A stretch of DNA of 63,294 bases, counting the filler, from Platydemus manokwari (taxonomy: Eukaryota): the NCBI GenBank assembly GCA_037951405.1. It is 5 parts of 5 records of this genome, joined end to end, with 100 filler letters (N's around TTAATTAATTAA, not from the genome) between each part and the next. Parts side by side here need not be neighbours in the genome. Positions count along the whole stretch, not along the records: positions 41,691 to 53,000 come from JBBMOY010772202.1; positions 53,101 to 63,294 come from JBBMOY011159438.1; 3 more parts are not named here. One strand, 5' to 3'. This document shows, piece after piece, positions 41,790 through 57,680 of this stretch. The number at the start of each line of letters is the position of its first letter. Position 1 is the stretch's first letter. The translations under genes and the position numbers were made by a program. A model generated the notes under the pieces. It saw only the letters and a program-made list of their open reading frames with translations. It searched no databases and was not told where the DNA came from.

Positions 41790-42115
41790 CCAGAAAGAAT
41801 GTGAACCAGCGTAAAATTAGTAAGGGAATGCAAATTTGAAATTTCTACTGATGTAGAAATAGTAACTGGATAATTGAGAATCTTAATTGCAAAACATATG
41901 AAAATTGAATTTATTGAAAAAAAAGATAGAAGTAATAAGAAATCAAAGTAAAAGTAATATAATCGGACTTCGAAATCGTACCGAAAAAACTCCCACTCTG
42001 GAAGATTTTTGAGTTTGATATAACCACAGGTGTTAAAATTTGTGATTGCTGGCTCAAATGGCAGCAAAAGACTCCAAGTACAAACGTATATCAGCCTTAT
42101 GACTTCAATGTCTCC
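41790..42115 (-). CDS. Unidentified spliced coding fragment head-to-head with DUSP12, running into a gap
   Basis: Open frame QKEFGDIEVIRLIYVCTWSLLLPFEPAITNFNTCGYIKLKNLPEWEFFRYDFE followed by a GT...AG pyrimidine-rich intron-like segment; the upstream ATG is separated from it by an in-frame TAA. Confidence 0.3.
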
Positions 42116-42340
42116 AAACTCTTTTTGTTAATATATATTCATTATTTTTAAATTATAACTTTTAATGAATAAAAATTTTTAAAAATTTTTTGAATAGCTT
42201 CAAGTTACACTAGTATTTTCGTATCTATTATTGTATCTGATAATTGAATGTTAAAATATTAATTAAAATTGATTGACTTAAGAGTTTGTTTAAATAATGT
42301 ATTAGATATTACGATTGATTTAAATTATTAAATTTTCAGA

Positions 42341-43144
42341 ATGAAAGAGATTGTGTCACGTTTATGGCTTGGATCTTTTGATGATGCTACAAATCAAGAA
42401 TTATTGCATTTACACAGGATCAAGTTCATTCTAACTATTATGGATTCTCCCTTGGGACACGTCATAGATGATTTTCAATATAAATTTATTAAAGCATATG
42501 ATATCGAAACTGAAGATCTTATTTCATATTTTGATGAAGCATATGAATTCATAACGAAAGGTATTGATGAAGGTGGAGTCCTTGTTCACTGTCTAGCTGG
42601 AATATCAAGAAGTGGAACAATTTTAACAGCCTATTTAATGAAAAATAAAAATATCGATCCAAATACTGCTATTGAAATAATAAGGAAAAAATCTTATATT
42701 TCGCCAAACAGTGGTTTTATGAAGCAATTGAGAATATATTTTAATTTAAAATACGTTTCTCCAATTAAAAACTCTGACTTATTTGATACGTTAACAAAAT
42801 TTCCCGTTAATGAATTGAAAAAGTCAAATAAGATATCGGTTCAATATAAATGTAGAAAGTGCCGACAATTACTTTTTAATAATTCTAATCTAGCCAACCA
42901 TAGCAGAGTTGAAGGAATTGAAGAAGTAACCGATGAAACTAGATGTTATGAAGAAATTTTTATCGAATCACTCAGTTGGATTGATAGTAGTCATGTAACA
43001 GGTGGTAAAATAAATTGCCCGAAATGTTCATGCAAACTTGGGTCATATTCGTGGGTTGGCGAAAAATGCGTTTGTTTGGCTTGGGTAGCACCGGCTTTCC
43101 ATATTGCCAAACAAAAGGTTGATATAATTAAAATTGAACAATAA
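42341..43144 (+). CDS. DUSP12: Dual-specificity phosphatase 12 (YVH1), intronless CDS
   Basis: VLVHCLAGISRS active site, SPNSGFMKQL, and the C-terminal Zn domain YKCRKCR...GKINCPKCSCKLGSYSWVGEKCVC..WVAPAFHI. Confidence 0.95.
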   Translation: MKEIVSRLWLGSFDDATNQELLHLHRIKFILTIMDSPLGHVIDDFQYKFIKAYDIETEDLISYFDEAYEFITKGIDEGGVLVHCLAGISRSGTILTAYLMKNKNIDPNTAIEIIRKKSYISPNSGFMKQLRIYFNLKYVSPIKNSDLFDTLTKFPVNELKKSNKISVQYKCRKCRQLLFNNSNLANHSRVEGIEEVTDETRCYEEIFIESLSWIDSSHVTGGKINCPKCSCKLGSYSWVGEKCVCLAWVAPAFHIAKQKVDIIKIEQ

Positions 43145-45910
43145 TGTCGCTGATTATATTTTTACTTTGACGAAAATTTTTTTCACGACTTTTACCTTTT
43201 ATGGAATGGTTATTTTTATGATATACGTTAACTACATTGTTTTGATCAAACCATATTGAGTTGACAAACATCGATTCGAAAGTTTAATCAATTCAAACAA
43301 ATCCAACGACATTTTTATGCATTCATTTTTTCTTGTTATTAATTTTTGCAAATTATCATTTTTTGTGGTTTAACGTTTTACTCTTTCAATTGATTTTGTA
43401 TATCGATTTTTTGTTTCGTAAATTGTTTGTTTCGAGCCAATATTATCAAATTGTTCAAGTATGAGTGGCTTATTTTTATTGTGAAATAGATTGGTGCTGC
43501 TTATGTTTGCGATGATTGTTAAGAATTATTTCGTTATTATCTCATATAGTTTTAGATCGATTTAATTAGTTTTGTTAAAATTTATTCAATTTAGGGATTA
43601 TTTTCGGAGTAGATTTTCAATCTGTTGTTTACTTTGTTTCGAATATATATACAGATAAAATTTGATTTATCACAAATCTCATATATAAATAATAATGTAG
43701 TTTATTATGTGCTTTTATCATTATTTGTGAGCAATAACTTTATCCGTGTCAACATAGAAATCTTTTGATTCACATTACGAATGTCTTCTTTTTTGATCAG
43801 CTTATTGTTTTTGAAACTTACTGTTTATACTCTAAAAATTTTAAATCATTGTTAACAGTTCATAAATTTTTTCCTTCAATTTTTAAAATTTTTAATTTCA
43901 TTTACAAAAAGTATCACCAAGAATACCTCTAATTTTTAGAATTCAATATTGATTTTTAACGAAAAAACCTTTTTCATTGTCATGCTTTACTAAAGCCCTT
44001 AATAAAACTTAAAATTTGATTTAAAGAGAAATCTTTAGTCTAATGTGGTACAATTTAAAAGTTAGCACCAACCAAGAACAATTGCTGGTCCGTCCGCTTT
44101 ACGTGAATTCCACCAAGGGAAAGCTATATTACTATCGAGGACAAGAACCAGATCAAATGACATATCGGACGACGAATATGCGGGTTCTGAGGATGATGAG
44201 GTGTCCAGCAAACTTGGATAGACGAGAACAAACGCGTGTGATATTTTGCTCTGTCACTATGTGGTGATGGTGTCGGTCACTGTCTGACTTGTATTATAAA
44301 AAACTGTGTTTTATCAATAAAAATTTGTATATAATAAATGGATTACTATAAATTAAAATTCATTCGAAACTATTCACTTATTTATTCAGAGATAGTTTAA
44401 TTGTAAGGAAGTGAAATATAGTACGAAATATAGAATTTTGCTAAATCCTAACATGAATCTGCAAGTGAGAATCTGAAGAAGTCAAACCACTTTCATTGAA
44501 TTTACATTTATTTGAGTTCTTTTTGTTCAACTTCTTATTTTCGAACGTCTAAGAAAATAAACAAAGCATGAAGACCAATCTGGTAATTGTTACAGTTAAG
44601 TTATTTAATATTTTTATTTTTAAGTATTTTAAAATCCATTTGATTATTCTAAACATTTAAATTATCTTAATATTAACAACCGATTAGAAAAATATTAAAA
44701 AAAGTTAGTCTAATTTTAGTAGTCTGTCTTTGGACCAAATAGTCTAGAAAATCAATACTAAATTATTCATGACATTTTCCTCCAATAATTGCCTAATTCT
44801 AGAGTATAGATTTTTAGAAATTAGTTTTATTAACAAATGACAAAAATTGTTTTTTCTTTAAATATTATCATGATTCGAAGTTTGGCAACTGTTGGAAAAA
44901 AATTAGAACCAAATTAAAAATATAGATTTAGTAATTAACGATAATAAATGTTTCAAATATATTTTGTTTTATCTTGTAAAAATTATGTTTATATTTTCAT
45001 GTGAAAGACACTTTCATCAAGTCCTCATATTAAAATAGATTTTTTTAAGAAAGTAATATTTTTAGAGGGAAAACCATGGATATATTCAAAAACTAATAAT
45101 TATAGCATTGGTTACGAGGTGAAATGGAACAAAAATTCTGATCCAAACCATTGGAACGGCCTTCGAAAGAATAATAAAATATACGGACTTGACAGTAGCC
45201 AATAACACGCCTTCAAATAAATACTCTCTCCTGGGATTATAATTTGCATTCGGTGCATATCTGCAGAGAACTACGAACACAGCAATACAAAAATGACATA
45301 AGAGATGGAATAAAATGTACCAATTAACTGTATAGGCTAGTTCTCAAATAATTATAACAAATTAAAATTTAAGATAGTAGACAGACACACACAATACAGC
45401 ATATACAAATAGGCGACTGAAAAGAAGAATTGTCAGTCTTTTATGGTCCTTAAATTTATTGGATAATTTTTATTTTATGAGCGATTATTTTAATCCTCGG
45501 AGCATTTTTTTGAGTCATGTAATCAATTTTTATGAAATCAATGGTTGATTTTTTCACAATTCAAGTGCTATGAAATAATATTTTACACTCTACAACAATC
45601 AGTCTTTAATATTATATAATATTTCAATGATATTTTAAATAATATTTCTGATAAACGATTTTACCAAATAGAACGAGAATTATCAATCAGTTGAGAATGT
45701 AAATACTTTAAACGAATTTTTTAAAATATCGATTATTTTTATACAACACATCCGATATTACAAACGAATACGAGAATTCTTTCGCAAGAATTTTAATCTT
45801 TCAAATCAATGAAATCAATGGTCTATTACGCAATCAAAATAGAATAATATTTAACAGACATTCTGCAATGGCGACTCATTTTTGAAAATTGACAGACAAT
45901 TTAGAAAACA

Positions 45911-49156
<3,246 letters not shown>

Positions 49157-49959
49157 GAGATAAAATTTCTTTTTATTAATACATTTTCCGAATTTTTATT
49201 TGTCAATGTCTCTTTATTTTGTTTTCATAAGCATTTCTCTAATTTTTAAGCACATGGCTAAATGACTTATCGATTAGCGAACCCAGAATAATACCATTGG
49301 TGGTATTGTTTTAAAGAATATTTAATATCAAAACCAATAGCTGAATTAGCGAAATCTATAACTATATCTATGCACGAAAACTATTTTAATATTATTGAAA
49401 AATTATGAATATGTTGGCTTTCTATATGAATATTAATCAAATATTTATCAATAATCAGTTTCAGTCAAAATATTAGAAACAATCCTATTTGCACACTCAA
49501 CTAATTGGCAATTAGTTTTTAAATTTTTATTCAATATTTATTAAGCTGATGGTACAGAATCCCACACCAAATAATAGTGACCATGATATACAACATTTGT
49601 TTCAAATTTTCGATGACTAATAATATTAAAAATAGAAACGAGTATAATAATAGAATTAAAATAATCAAAAACACCTTTCTAATAAAATAAAATTCAAGTA
49701 TATTAGATAAAATTAAAAAAATCCTAAAATAGAATTATTTATACATATATATATATATATAACAAACGGAATAATATCCCCCTCAGCAATCCAACAATAA
49801 TAACATTTTAATAAACATAAAACTTCAAAAGGCTCTTGAAAATATTTTTTTCATCAACAAAACTTGTTATTTATAAAAGAAAATTAAACACGACATAATT
49901 GATTTTTATTTGATCAATATTCGTCAAATTGACCTTGACCGATCGGTGAGAACTTTAAT

Positions 49960-50550
49960 GATTGAAGTGTTGACAATCCCAACAGATAGAATACCGGTTT
50001 TGTAGTTTTCTCTACTCATCAGTATTAAATAGTACAACGAATCATCACATCATAATTCGAGTTCCGATGGATTCGATCCCACAGCCGATTTAACTCTAAG
50101 TCGTGAGCATGTTTTGTGATTGCGTTTGGCCTCAATACCAACACAACCTCCATAGATGTGATGAAATTTGGCCAATTAATTGTCACCAAAACAGAATCAC
50201 GGTTGTCAATGGCTTCACACATGCTTCATAGGAATACTCGAAAAACACCGACTGCTTTTTTTCCTGGTAGGAAATCGCAATTGTGCTAACCTAGAAGGAA
50301 TTATCAGATATGAAATTTCGCATAAACAAAATTGTACATCTGATAGTTTGGGAATTTATCAGTCTTCTAACAATTAGATAGAGATATTTACCATAGATAA
50401 CATTGAAGCTTAAGTTGGACGAAAATCTCTATTCAGTGTTTAAGTCATGCTTCTAAAAATTAAATCTACATATTAAAAATCTGAATTTATCAAATTAAAA
50501 TCTTGTTTCTGTGAATGTCTCGATAATTCACATCTGCACATAATGTTCTC
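49960..50550 (-). mobile_element. Penelope-like element remnant (GIY-YIG endonuclease C-terminus and terminal region)
   Basis: Broken frames CELSRH...FN/FDKFRFL...FLEA...RDFRPT resemble the endonuclease tail (H..F....IL...LEAxxI..xPxLN); followed by a hammerhead-like motif. Confidence 0.55.
49988..50028 (-). ncRNA. Mutated minimal hammerhead ribozyme
   Basis: Minus strand reads CTGATGA-GTAG-agaaaa-CTAC-AAAA-CCGG-TA: core, 4-bp stem II and palindromic stem III are present; GAAA is changed to AAAA and stem I is poor. Confidence 0.55.
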
Positions 50551-50949
50551 AAATGCAGCATACATATATGTTATCTCATTAATTTATTTGCATTATATTA
50601 ATTTTCTTCAAACCTAATCATAAAACTAAAATTAAATAACAATTATATAAAATTTCAAGTTTAAAAATGTAATAAAGAACTTGATCTTGGAAGGGAAAAT
50701 AAATAAATTAAAGCAAAATAATAACCAAAATAAAATTGATAGAATATCCGACATTTTCTATTTTAATTAACACTTTCAATTCGATTATTTTAGATGCGAT
50801 CATAAAATGAACAAACAGAATTGTGCTAAAAATGTATGATTATTATCATAAAGAATACAATATTTTTGAAAAATTCGTATTATGAAAAAGTAAAGTTAAA
50901 CAAATTCGAACAAAATTTATTTAAACATAATAGAAACATTAATTCAAGA

Positions 50950-52760
50950 TTATTATAAATTCTAATAGTAATTGATCAATTAAATAGTTGAGGGGTATAT
51001 AAGATCTCCTTATCGATTTCAACAGTTTCATTACATCCATTTAAAATCACTGTATCATCTTGGATAAATTACATCTATTTAAATATGAAATATATGAAAA
51101 TCTAAAGCATTTAACAAAGATTTAGCTTCAAATAGTTTACTTAATTTTATATAATCTAAATAAGGCTCAAACTGATTATTAGATGAAATATCAAATTGTA
51201 TTTTCTTGGTTGAATAAATCGAATTATTTGATTTTACTTTTGTTGATTGTATTTTATCTTCTCCAATATTTTGAATAAATTTTGAACTTTTTTTTATAAA
51301 ATTAATATCATAATATTGAAATCCAATTATTATAAATCTCGGTTTAATTTTCATTTATATGAGCTGCTAAGTGAGAATTCCAATCAATTAGTCCTCTGAT
51401 TTCTTCATTTGATTTATTTATCAATAAAAAATTTAGCATGGCAAATATTACACCAACATTTACAAAAAATATCAATTCCACAAGTTGTTAATGTTAATCT
51501 GATAGAATTTAATAAATTAAAAAATCTTTAACTTCCTAATCAATACCAGCAGCATTTTTAATTGTTTCTGATATTTCAATCTTAATATTGTACCTTAAAA
51601 ACTATGACAAATATCTTCATTATTACTTGTTCTTTGAGATTCAAAAATTATAAGACCAGAATTATTTAAATTTGTTTCTATTGGTGATGAGTGATCGATA
51701 ATATATAAATCATCTTTTTAATCTCATGTTTAAATTTATAAATATTTTTTTACTAGCTTTGTTAAAAGCTGAACGGTGCTATCTCCACCCATTTTTATAG
51801 AAAAATTTTAGTCGTGGATCATTTTGGCTCAATCTGGCTATATTTCAGAAATTGCCTTTACATATTCCTTTGGAGAAATACGTCTTAATTATTCTATTTT
51901 TTCTTTATTTATATACTAATTTACTTAATTTTATTACAATATTGTTGAATTATATACATTATTTTGTCCACCTTTTGTAGCTGCTAATTATTTTCTTAAT
52001 TCATAAGACAATTCGATTGGAATTTGTAAACCTGCTCCTGACTTATGTTTTATTTTCTTAATTTAAATTACTTTTCTTCATTTATTTCCTTTAACAAATT
52101 TTTTAAATCTTTAATATATATAGAATTATTAAAATTTTGTTACATTTATTTTTTCTTACGGTTTAAAATAAGTTTAAAATAAAACTAGTTTGTTTGAATT
52201 CATATTTATTTCTTAAAATAAAATTTAATAAGTTATCAGTAATTTCAAATTTAGATCTATCGCCTCCAAATTCTAAATAATTTTTACCTACTGATTTTGA
52301 AATCAAAAATTTTATATTATAAATTTTCCAAATTTGAAAACTCATGCTATTTACTTTTTTTATTTCTAATGTTGGTGTAATAGAATTCACCAATAATTGT
52401 GAGGTAAATATTTCTTGTTCAATATGTCCGGGATTAACTCAATTTCTAAAGTATACTTGAACTATTCAATATCTCTAGATTCAATAGCTTTATTTATATT
52501 TTCTTGTTTATTTTCAATAGGTTTTAAGTTTTTTTATTCTTCTAATGCCAATTGTTGTATTTGCATCACCTATAAAGTTTAACTTTGATTTTGATTAACG
52601 GGTTAAAACCAAGGCTTAGCAATATGTGAAATACCTTGATTTATCAATATTTCCGAGAATTACTTTTTTTCTTCATGTTTCTTAATTCGACTATTATTTT
52701 ATTTGTGTTTAAGCTGTTAATAGAAACTTCGTGCATTTTTCAATAATTTCATATTTTTAT
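50950..52760 (-). mobile_element. Decayed Polinton/Maverick segment including the major capsid protein and upstream conserved ORFs
   Basis: KPRFIIIGFQ...YSTKKIQFDISSNNQFEPYLDY...FHIF..NLSK..ILNG.N.TVEI (major capsid C-terminal half); GAGLQIPIELSYELRK*LAATKGGQNNVYN resembles the L.LL.A...AGN.N motif seen in Polinton ORFs. Confidence 0.7.
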
Positions 52761-53691
52761 TTATTCTTTTTAATCTTTTTTTATATTTTTTTCCAATATA
52801 ATTTGATTTGTAATATGAACATATAGTATCTTATATTATAAGATCAATGATCAGCTGTTATAAAATGTGACTCGCTAATTATTTTTATTAAAATGAGAAT
52901 AAGTATGTAATGTTCTAAAATTTATATTAGATTCTCAAATCATTCTCAAAATATTACTATTTATACATCTCTTTAATTCAGAAATACTTCTAACTCTTAT
53001 NNNNNNNNNNNNNNNNNNNNNNNNNNNNNNNNNNNNNNNNNNNNTTAATTAATTAANNNNNNNNNNNNNNNNNNNNNNNNNNNNNNNNNNNNNNNNNNNN
53101 AATTTTAATATAAAAAAACTCACGAAAAGTCATTACTTTAAAATTGGGTCAAAGGACCCTTTTTCTTAACTTAAGCCATTAAAATGTAAAAATTTAATCC
53201 CACATCTACCAGATATTCATCATCATCAAAAGAATATATTTTACATATTACATGTTTTTATATATACACTTAATACCAAATACAGTAATTTTCAACAGCC
53301 TACCAAAATTTGCACTACTAGTAAGTTCTTGTCAAAGTTCAAAGTATAATATTTATAATGTCAAAATTATGGACCTGGGGAATTATTTAGAAATCGATTT
53401 TTCTTGAATGTTTTCTTTTTTGCTGCTATCTCAGATTGCTGTAAGTTCGAATTAACCTTGGGAGATATGCACTTGCATTAGATCATTTTTAATTTTAGTA
53501 ATTTAAGTTAAACTTTTTTGAATATAAACTTTATAATATAATAATGAAACTTTTAACATGATTATACACTGGGTTTAATAATTAGTCTGGGAATAGTAAT
53601 AGAATTTCTATAAGAGTTAAGATAATAAACAGTATTATTGCAAAGTAAAAATATTGTCTAATTAACTTTCGTTTTGTTTAAATATTCATTT

Positions 53692-54864
53692 ATGATAACA
53701 AAATTTTTTCTGTTGAAAACTAATAACATTTTTAGAGCCCTTTCATTTGAATCGTCGCTTTTGGAATACACTGATTTTAAACTAAACAATTGTGTTCTTT
53801 TTTGGAGAAGTAATCCTTGCGTTGTTATTGGTAGGCATCAAAATCCATGGCGAGAAATTAATATACCATTTTTACGAAAAAATAAAGTAACTCTTGTTCG
53901 AAGAGCATCAGGTGGTGGAACGGTTTATCATGATTTGGGAAATTTAAATATTAGTTTTATATCCAGCAAAGGTGATTGCAATCGTGATTTGAATATGTCA
54001 TTATTAGCAAATGCAATTAATAAAAATTGGAACAAAGCCTGTTACACGGGAAAGAGGCATGAAATTTATGTTGATAATTCACTGAAGGTGGTTCTGTGAT
54101 TTACTTACTCATTTTAAGTGTCTATAGATATCAGGCTCAGCTTCTCGGTTTAGTCGTAATAATGTTTATCATCATTGCACTTTATTGCTAAATGCTAATT
54201 TAAAAGGATTATCAGAGATATTAAGATCACAACTTGTATTATCTGTTAATTTTATTTTGAATTGTTTTGATATTTAAAATAGAAAATTGAAACTAATGCA
54301 ACGCCAAGTGTTTCTAGTGATGTAACAAATCTTAATTTAAATTATCTCGATGTCATCAAAGCTATTCGGGATGAATTTGTACACCATCGAAATTGTCCAG
54401 TATGCAAATGATTTCCATTTTCATTCAATGTCAAATTTAAATTTACTTCCGTTTAGTTGTCAAATATAGTGGAAATTGACGAAGGAAACGAATGTCAATT
54501 TGTTGATCCATTGATTTTCCAGAAGAATTTTCAACAATTCTCATCGATTAATTGGACATACGAATCCACTCCAAAATTTATCATTAAACAACCCATTTTA
54601 ATAAATGATTTTTCGACGTTTATAAATTTATTTTGTGAAAAAGCTTCAATTTGTGATATCACTGTGACGGAATCGAATCTTGTTGATGAAAATTTCTTGG
54701 AAATTATTAAAGAATGTCTTGTTGGAATGAGTTTGTGGAGCGATAATTTAAATAATCAATTAAAATTATGTCAAATGAAATGGCAATTTCACAACCAGGG
54801 TTCCATTAATCCTTGTGAAGAAATCGTTTTCAATGGATTGGAAGAAATCTTTGATCATTTATAA
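53692..54864 (+). CDS. LIPT1: Lipoyltransferase 1 / lipoate-protein ligase family protein, 4 exons
   Basis: FWRSNPCVVIGRHQNPWRE, RRASGGGTVYHDLGNLNISF, K/ISGSA, YHHCTLL, TNATPSV and WTYESTPKF. Confidence 0.93.
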
Positions 54865-55999
54865 TATATGAATGACTTTTGATTTGATTATATTATAATT
54901 TTATATATAAATTTAAACAAATAGCTTTGAATGATATTTATAAATTTGATTGTCTAATCGAAATGTTTGATCATGTTTTGCGCTTTTGTATTTTGGAAAC
55001 AAGCATAAAATGTTAATATTTTTCTATTATTGTTGAAGAAAATCGATTTTTTTTCCGTGACTATTGATTTTTCTGAAAAATATTGATTTTATGTATTATT
55101 ATATTGTCATGGTTACTTAGGAAAATGTCGGATTTCGGATATAAGATGGATCAGTATAACACAAGAATATGTAGAAATTAATAAATTGATCTAACTACAA
55201 ATAAGTGAAAACAACAAATAAAATATAACAATCAATCTGACATTCACAGTACAATTATTAAATTTTACAAATATATGATATTAAATTATGAGAAACTAAT
55301 CGGCTCTCGTTAATTAATTGCTATAATTATAAAAGTCCATTGTACAATTTTAATTTAAGTCTCCTGTGCTTGCGTCGCAAGAGTCATGGTCGATGAGTAG
55401 CTTGCTGTGGGTTGGGCCTATTAGTGCCGGCAATCCCTCTAGGTTGTTAATGATTTAATTTATTTTACTGGCTCCAACTTATTTAAATTTATGATAATTA
55501 TTACATAATATTTCATTAAAATATTTAAGAAAATTTCATCATAAATTTTACAAAATTACTTGGCAGTTGAAACCAAAATATTGAACAATTGATATAAGTG
55601 GCGATTTCTTCTGGAAAACTCCTTCATTTTCTTATTATAAAAATCAATCTACATGCTTTTCTTGGCAAGGTGGACAGTTAATTTTCTATGTGGAATATTG
55701 ATTATTTGAGCACTAGTTAAATTTCTGCTGTAATGTGTAAATTGATTGTAGTAATTTCAGGACATGATTTATTGGCAACATGCCATATTTTGTGCTATTA
55801 TTTATACTGCTAATTTTCTCTTTATTTATTAATCTGCATATTAATTATTTCGACTTTTATTTTTTTGTTCCTATTTTAGATAATATTTTATTTTTATATT
55901 TTTTTTAATTTAGCCTTTGTTCTATTTTTAGATAATTTTTAAAAAATTGTCTCCTAATTAATTTTTCTAATTTGTGTGAGGACTGGTAATCAATAATAT

Positions 56000-57000
56000 G
56001 TTTTAGTTTGGTTTCGTAGAAATATAAATTGGATTTCAACCTCCAAGATGTTGTCTATCGATTGGAATTTTGTTGACAATATTTGGAATTGGTTTATAAG
56101 ACTAATGAAGTAAATAGACTTTCGCTACACCTATTATTAATTCGTTCGATAATATTGATTTTAACTTGAATAAGGTTCTCAATATTACTGATTTATCCGA
56201 CCTTATTAATAAAAATATCCGAAATCCAGTTACAAATTCTAAAAATATAATTAGAATCATTCACTGTGGTTGTATTGATTAACAACTGTTTAGTATCCAG
56301 GAATTTTATTAGCTGTATTAATAATAATGACAGAATAATCCGATAAGTCCTACTATTCTGAATTAACTCCTATCTCAAACCCATTATTAGTTAAATTATT
56401 GGTATTTATCGATATTATTTTATTTCATTAATGCAGATAAATCTTCTGATTAATTTTAATTGTCATTTAAATTTCTTATATGTTATCATCTGTATATTAA
56501 TAATTAATAAGTCTAAGTAACAATTCATAAAATCATTAAAAAGATTATGCGGACCAATTTAGAAAATCAATAATCTCAACCTGCAAGGTTAGCAGTTGTA
56601 ATAATGACCTCATATAAGCAAGTACTCCTGGTACAATAATACGATTCAATAGATGGTAGTAGGTATTAATGATTTTATCATTATGTCTCTAACATATATG
56701 ACTCCAAAATTTACAAAGGCCGTGATTATATAATGAATAGCAATCTGATAACAATTAAAATGCAGGTCAGAATATAAATGGTTGTAAAGACTTTAAGACA
56801 ATAAAAATAAATAAAATTATTCAGTAAGCCAAAAAACAACAAATGATTTTAAATAATTAAATACCATGAGAGATTATCATATCACATAGATATTTCAGTA
56901 AAAGAATTTGAGTGCTCCAAAAACAAGAAGCCTTTGTAAATTTAAAAAGAAATTGGAAAGCTTTTGATGGTGTCTAATAAATTTTCATGAAATCACGGGG
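56000..57000 (-). mobile_element. Highly decayed non-LTR reverse transcriptase remnant
   Basis: Broken frames IGP..LFNDFMN (cf. LGPxLFNIF) followed by YTDD and NGFEIGVN, in RT order. Confidence 0.35.
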
Positions 57001-57399
57001 CCATGGAAAAAATTTAGTCATCATCATTAACATGACGGCTTCCTAATAATCTAAATAATACTCTCTATACATTTTATTATTAAATTATTTAATTTGATTG
57101 CGTTATTAAATTTGTTAAATCATTAATTTCATTAGTGAAATGGGCAATAAAAACAATGCTTTCGATAAGTTACATAATTGTCTAATATGGCTAGGAAGTT
57201 TCGAAGTCTAATAAAATTTATTCTGATAGTATTTGTAACTGTGGACATAATTGAAATATTATTCCGGTTATTACCAGGTTGTATTTAACTTGTAATTCAT
57301 TCCGATTACATATTATTTGTCTGATTAAGTGAGTTCCGATCTTGAACTCATCAAAAGTGAACAAGAATCTGAGTGTTTAACCGAAGATAAATTCCGATT

Positions 57400-57680
57400 C
57401 ATCAATTTATTAAATATAATCTTATCGAAATTAAATTTATTTATTCGTCGCTTGAAGCCTTTCTATGCCGTCATAGTCGCAGTAATAGCATTTGCAGCAA
57501 AAGGTAACTATTAATTATAAGATTTTATTTGAGCCCATAGACTCTGTAATTGATATTAGACCATGTTTGACAATAATTTCAAAGAAAAGTAAGCAAATTA
57601 ATCAATGTGATCTCTCATAAATGCAACCAAAATAGCAATACGAAATCGTGGTTGAAAACGCACCATTTGAATATATATAA
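57400..57680 (-). pseudogene. Decayed iGluR-like amino-terminal-domain fragment
   Basis: STTISYC ... ISITESMG ... YYCDYDGIERLQA resembles AMPA/kainate LTSFC ... YDDSTGLIRLQEL. Confidence 0.4.

Noticed and set aside
49349-49373. GCGAAATCTATAACTATATCTATG vaguely like a planarian spliced-leader exon
   Set aside because: No 5' part of the leader, no GT donor after ATG and no Sm site; an AT-rich coincidence.
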